Shown here: piece by piece, positions 63,454-64,000 of the stretch
Numbering within the stretch: position 1 is the stretch's first letter
Layout of the letters: each line of letters starts with the position of its first letter
IMG/VR virus record: IMGVR_UViG_3300046507_000667
Location: 185,348-249,347 of that record
Direction: 5' to 3' (one strand)
DNA length: 64,000 nucleotides
Program-made: the position numbers and the translations under genes
Notes under the pieces: generated by a model
The model's database searches: none
Told to the model about the DNA's origin: nothing
What the model saw: the letters and a program-made list of their open reading frames with translations, nothing else

Positions 63454-63957
63454 TTAGATATAAATCTGTGAAACTAAGCTACCAGATCTTGTCACATTAC
63501 CATCTACTGTGATAGCGAATGCATTTGAGCTATTAAATTGTGTATTAGTATTCTTTAGCTGAAAAATGATTGCTACTTTATTTCGATCGGTAATCTGAGG
63601 ATTTGGTGTTAAAGTAAAATCAACGATTTGATCGGTTGGAAGCCATATATCAATTTGACTTTGAATAGCTTGCTTGAGATCTGAAAGAGTAATACTATCA
63701 GCAATTTCCATTAGATAGTTACGGATACCAACCCCCATACTTGGTGCTGCAGGATTGGTACCACGTTCCATTAATAGTAAATCTCTCAAGCGGAAAGCTA
63801 ATGCAATGTAATCTGAGTATGTTTGTGTTTGATTGAATGCATTCATAGTGAAAGAAATTTCATCTTTCAATGCTTCAGTCTGTGCATCTGTAAATACATT
63901 GCTAAATGTAGCTAAAGTAGAAGCAATCGACGCATTAGGAGAGATTGGTGCTGGCAT
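63454..63957 (-). CDS. Baseplate wedge protein (T4 gp25 / GpW-like)
   Basis: RDLLLMERGTNPAAPSMGVGIRNYL...IQSQIDIWLP. Confidence 0.75.
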   Translation of the reverse strand: MPAPISPNASIASTLATFSNVFTDAQTEALKDEISFTMNAFNQTQTYSDYIALAFRLRDLLLMERGTNPAAPSMGVGIRNYLMEIADSITLSDLKQAIQSQIDIWLPTDQIVDFTLTPNPQITDRNKVAIIFQLKNTNTQFNSSNAFAITVDGNVTRSGSLVSQIYI

Positions 63958-63958
63958 A

Positions 63959-64000
63959 TCACTGCTCGTCTAGATTGATTTTACGATGATGATCTTCATC
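63959..64000 (-). CDS. 3' end of an upstream gene (partial)
   Basis: Open frame DEDHHRKINLDEQ-stop abutting the gp25 start (TGATATG). Confidence 0.45.
   Translation of the reverse strand, partial: DEDHHRKINLDEQ

Noticed and set aside
1-64000. Alternative genetic code (stop-codon reassignment) and tRNA genes
   Set aside because: Core genes are full length in the standard code with dense packing; no cloverleaf or T-loop signature was noticed

Overview
AT-rich segment (roughly one-third GC by eye) of a jumbo myophage of the AR9/PBS1/phiR1-37 type. Recognisable core genes: a type IIA topoisomerase B subunit split by a group I intron carrying a homing endonuclease, non-virion multisubunit RNA polymerase subunits (beta'-N, beta-C and a sigma-like promoter-specificity subunit), NAD-dependent ligase, RecA/UvsX, primase, Dda-like helicase, a GroEL-like chaperonin and baseplate proteins. 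The secreted lytic transglycosylase suggests a Gram-negative host. Two promoter motifs recur (ATATATTAT, 19 intergenic copies; AACA-N6-TA, 4 exact copies before late-type genes), together with a family of near-identical CCCTATAC...GTATAGGG hairpins. The most notable observations are: (1) 16 divergent small paralogues in two tandem clusters, sharing an N-terminal F-x-T-x-E-E-A motif and a C-terminal LPxxxxNxLKLLG motif; (2) a PAS-domain protein with no output domain inside the holin/endolysin cluster; (3) a well-formed -1 frameshift site (T TTT TTC, 7-nt spacer, hairpin) joining two baseplate/tail chaperone-like ORFs; (4) a second 4-member paralogue family and two structured-RNA candidates. All homology calls come from motif recognition and memory; no database search was run. 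No tRNA, rRNA or CRISPR array was seen.
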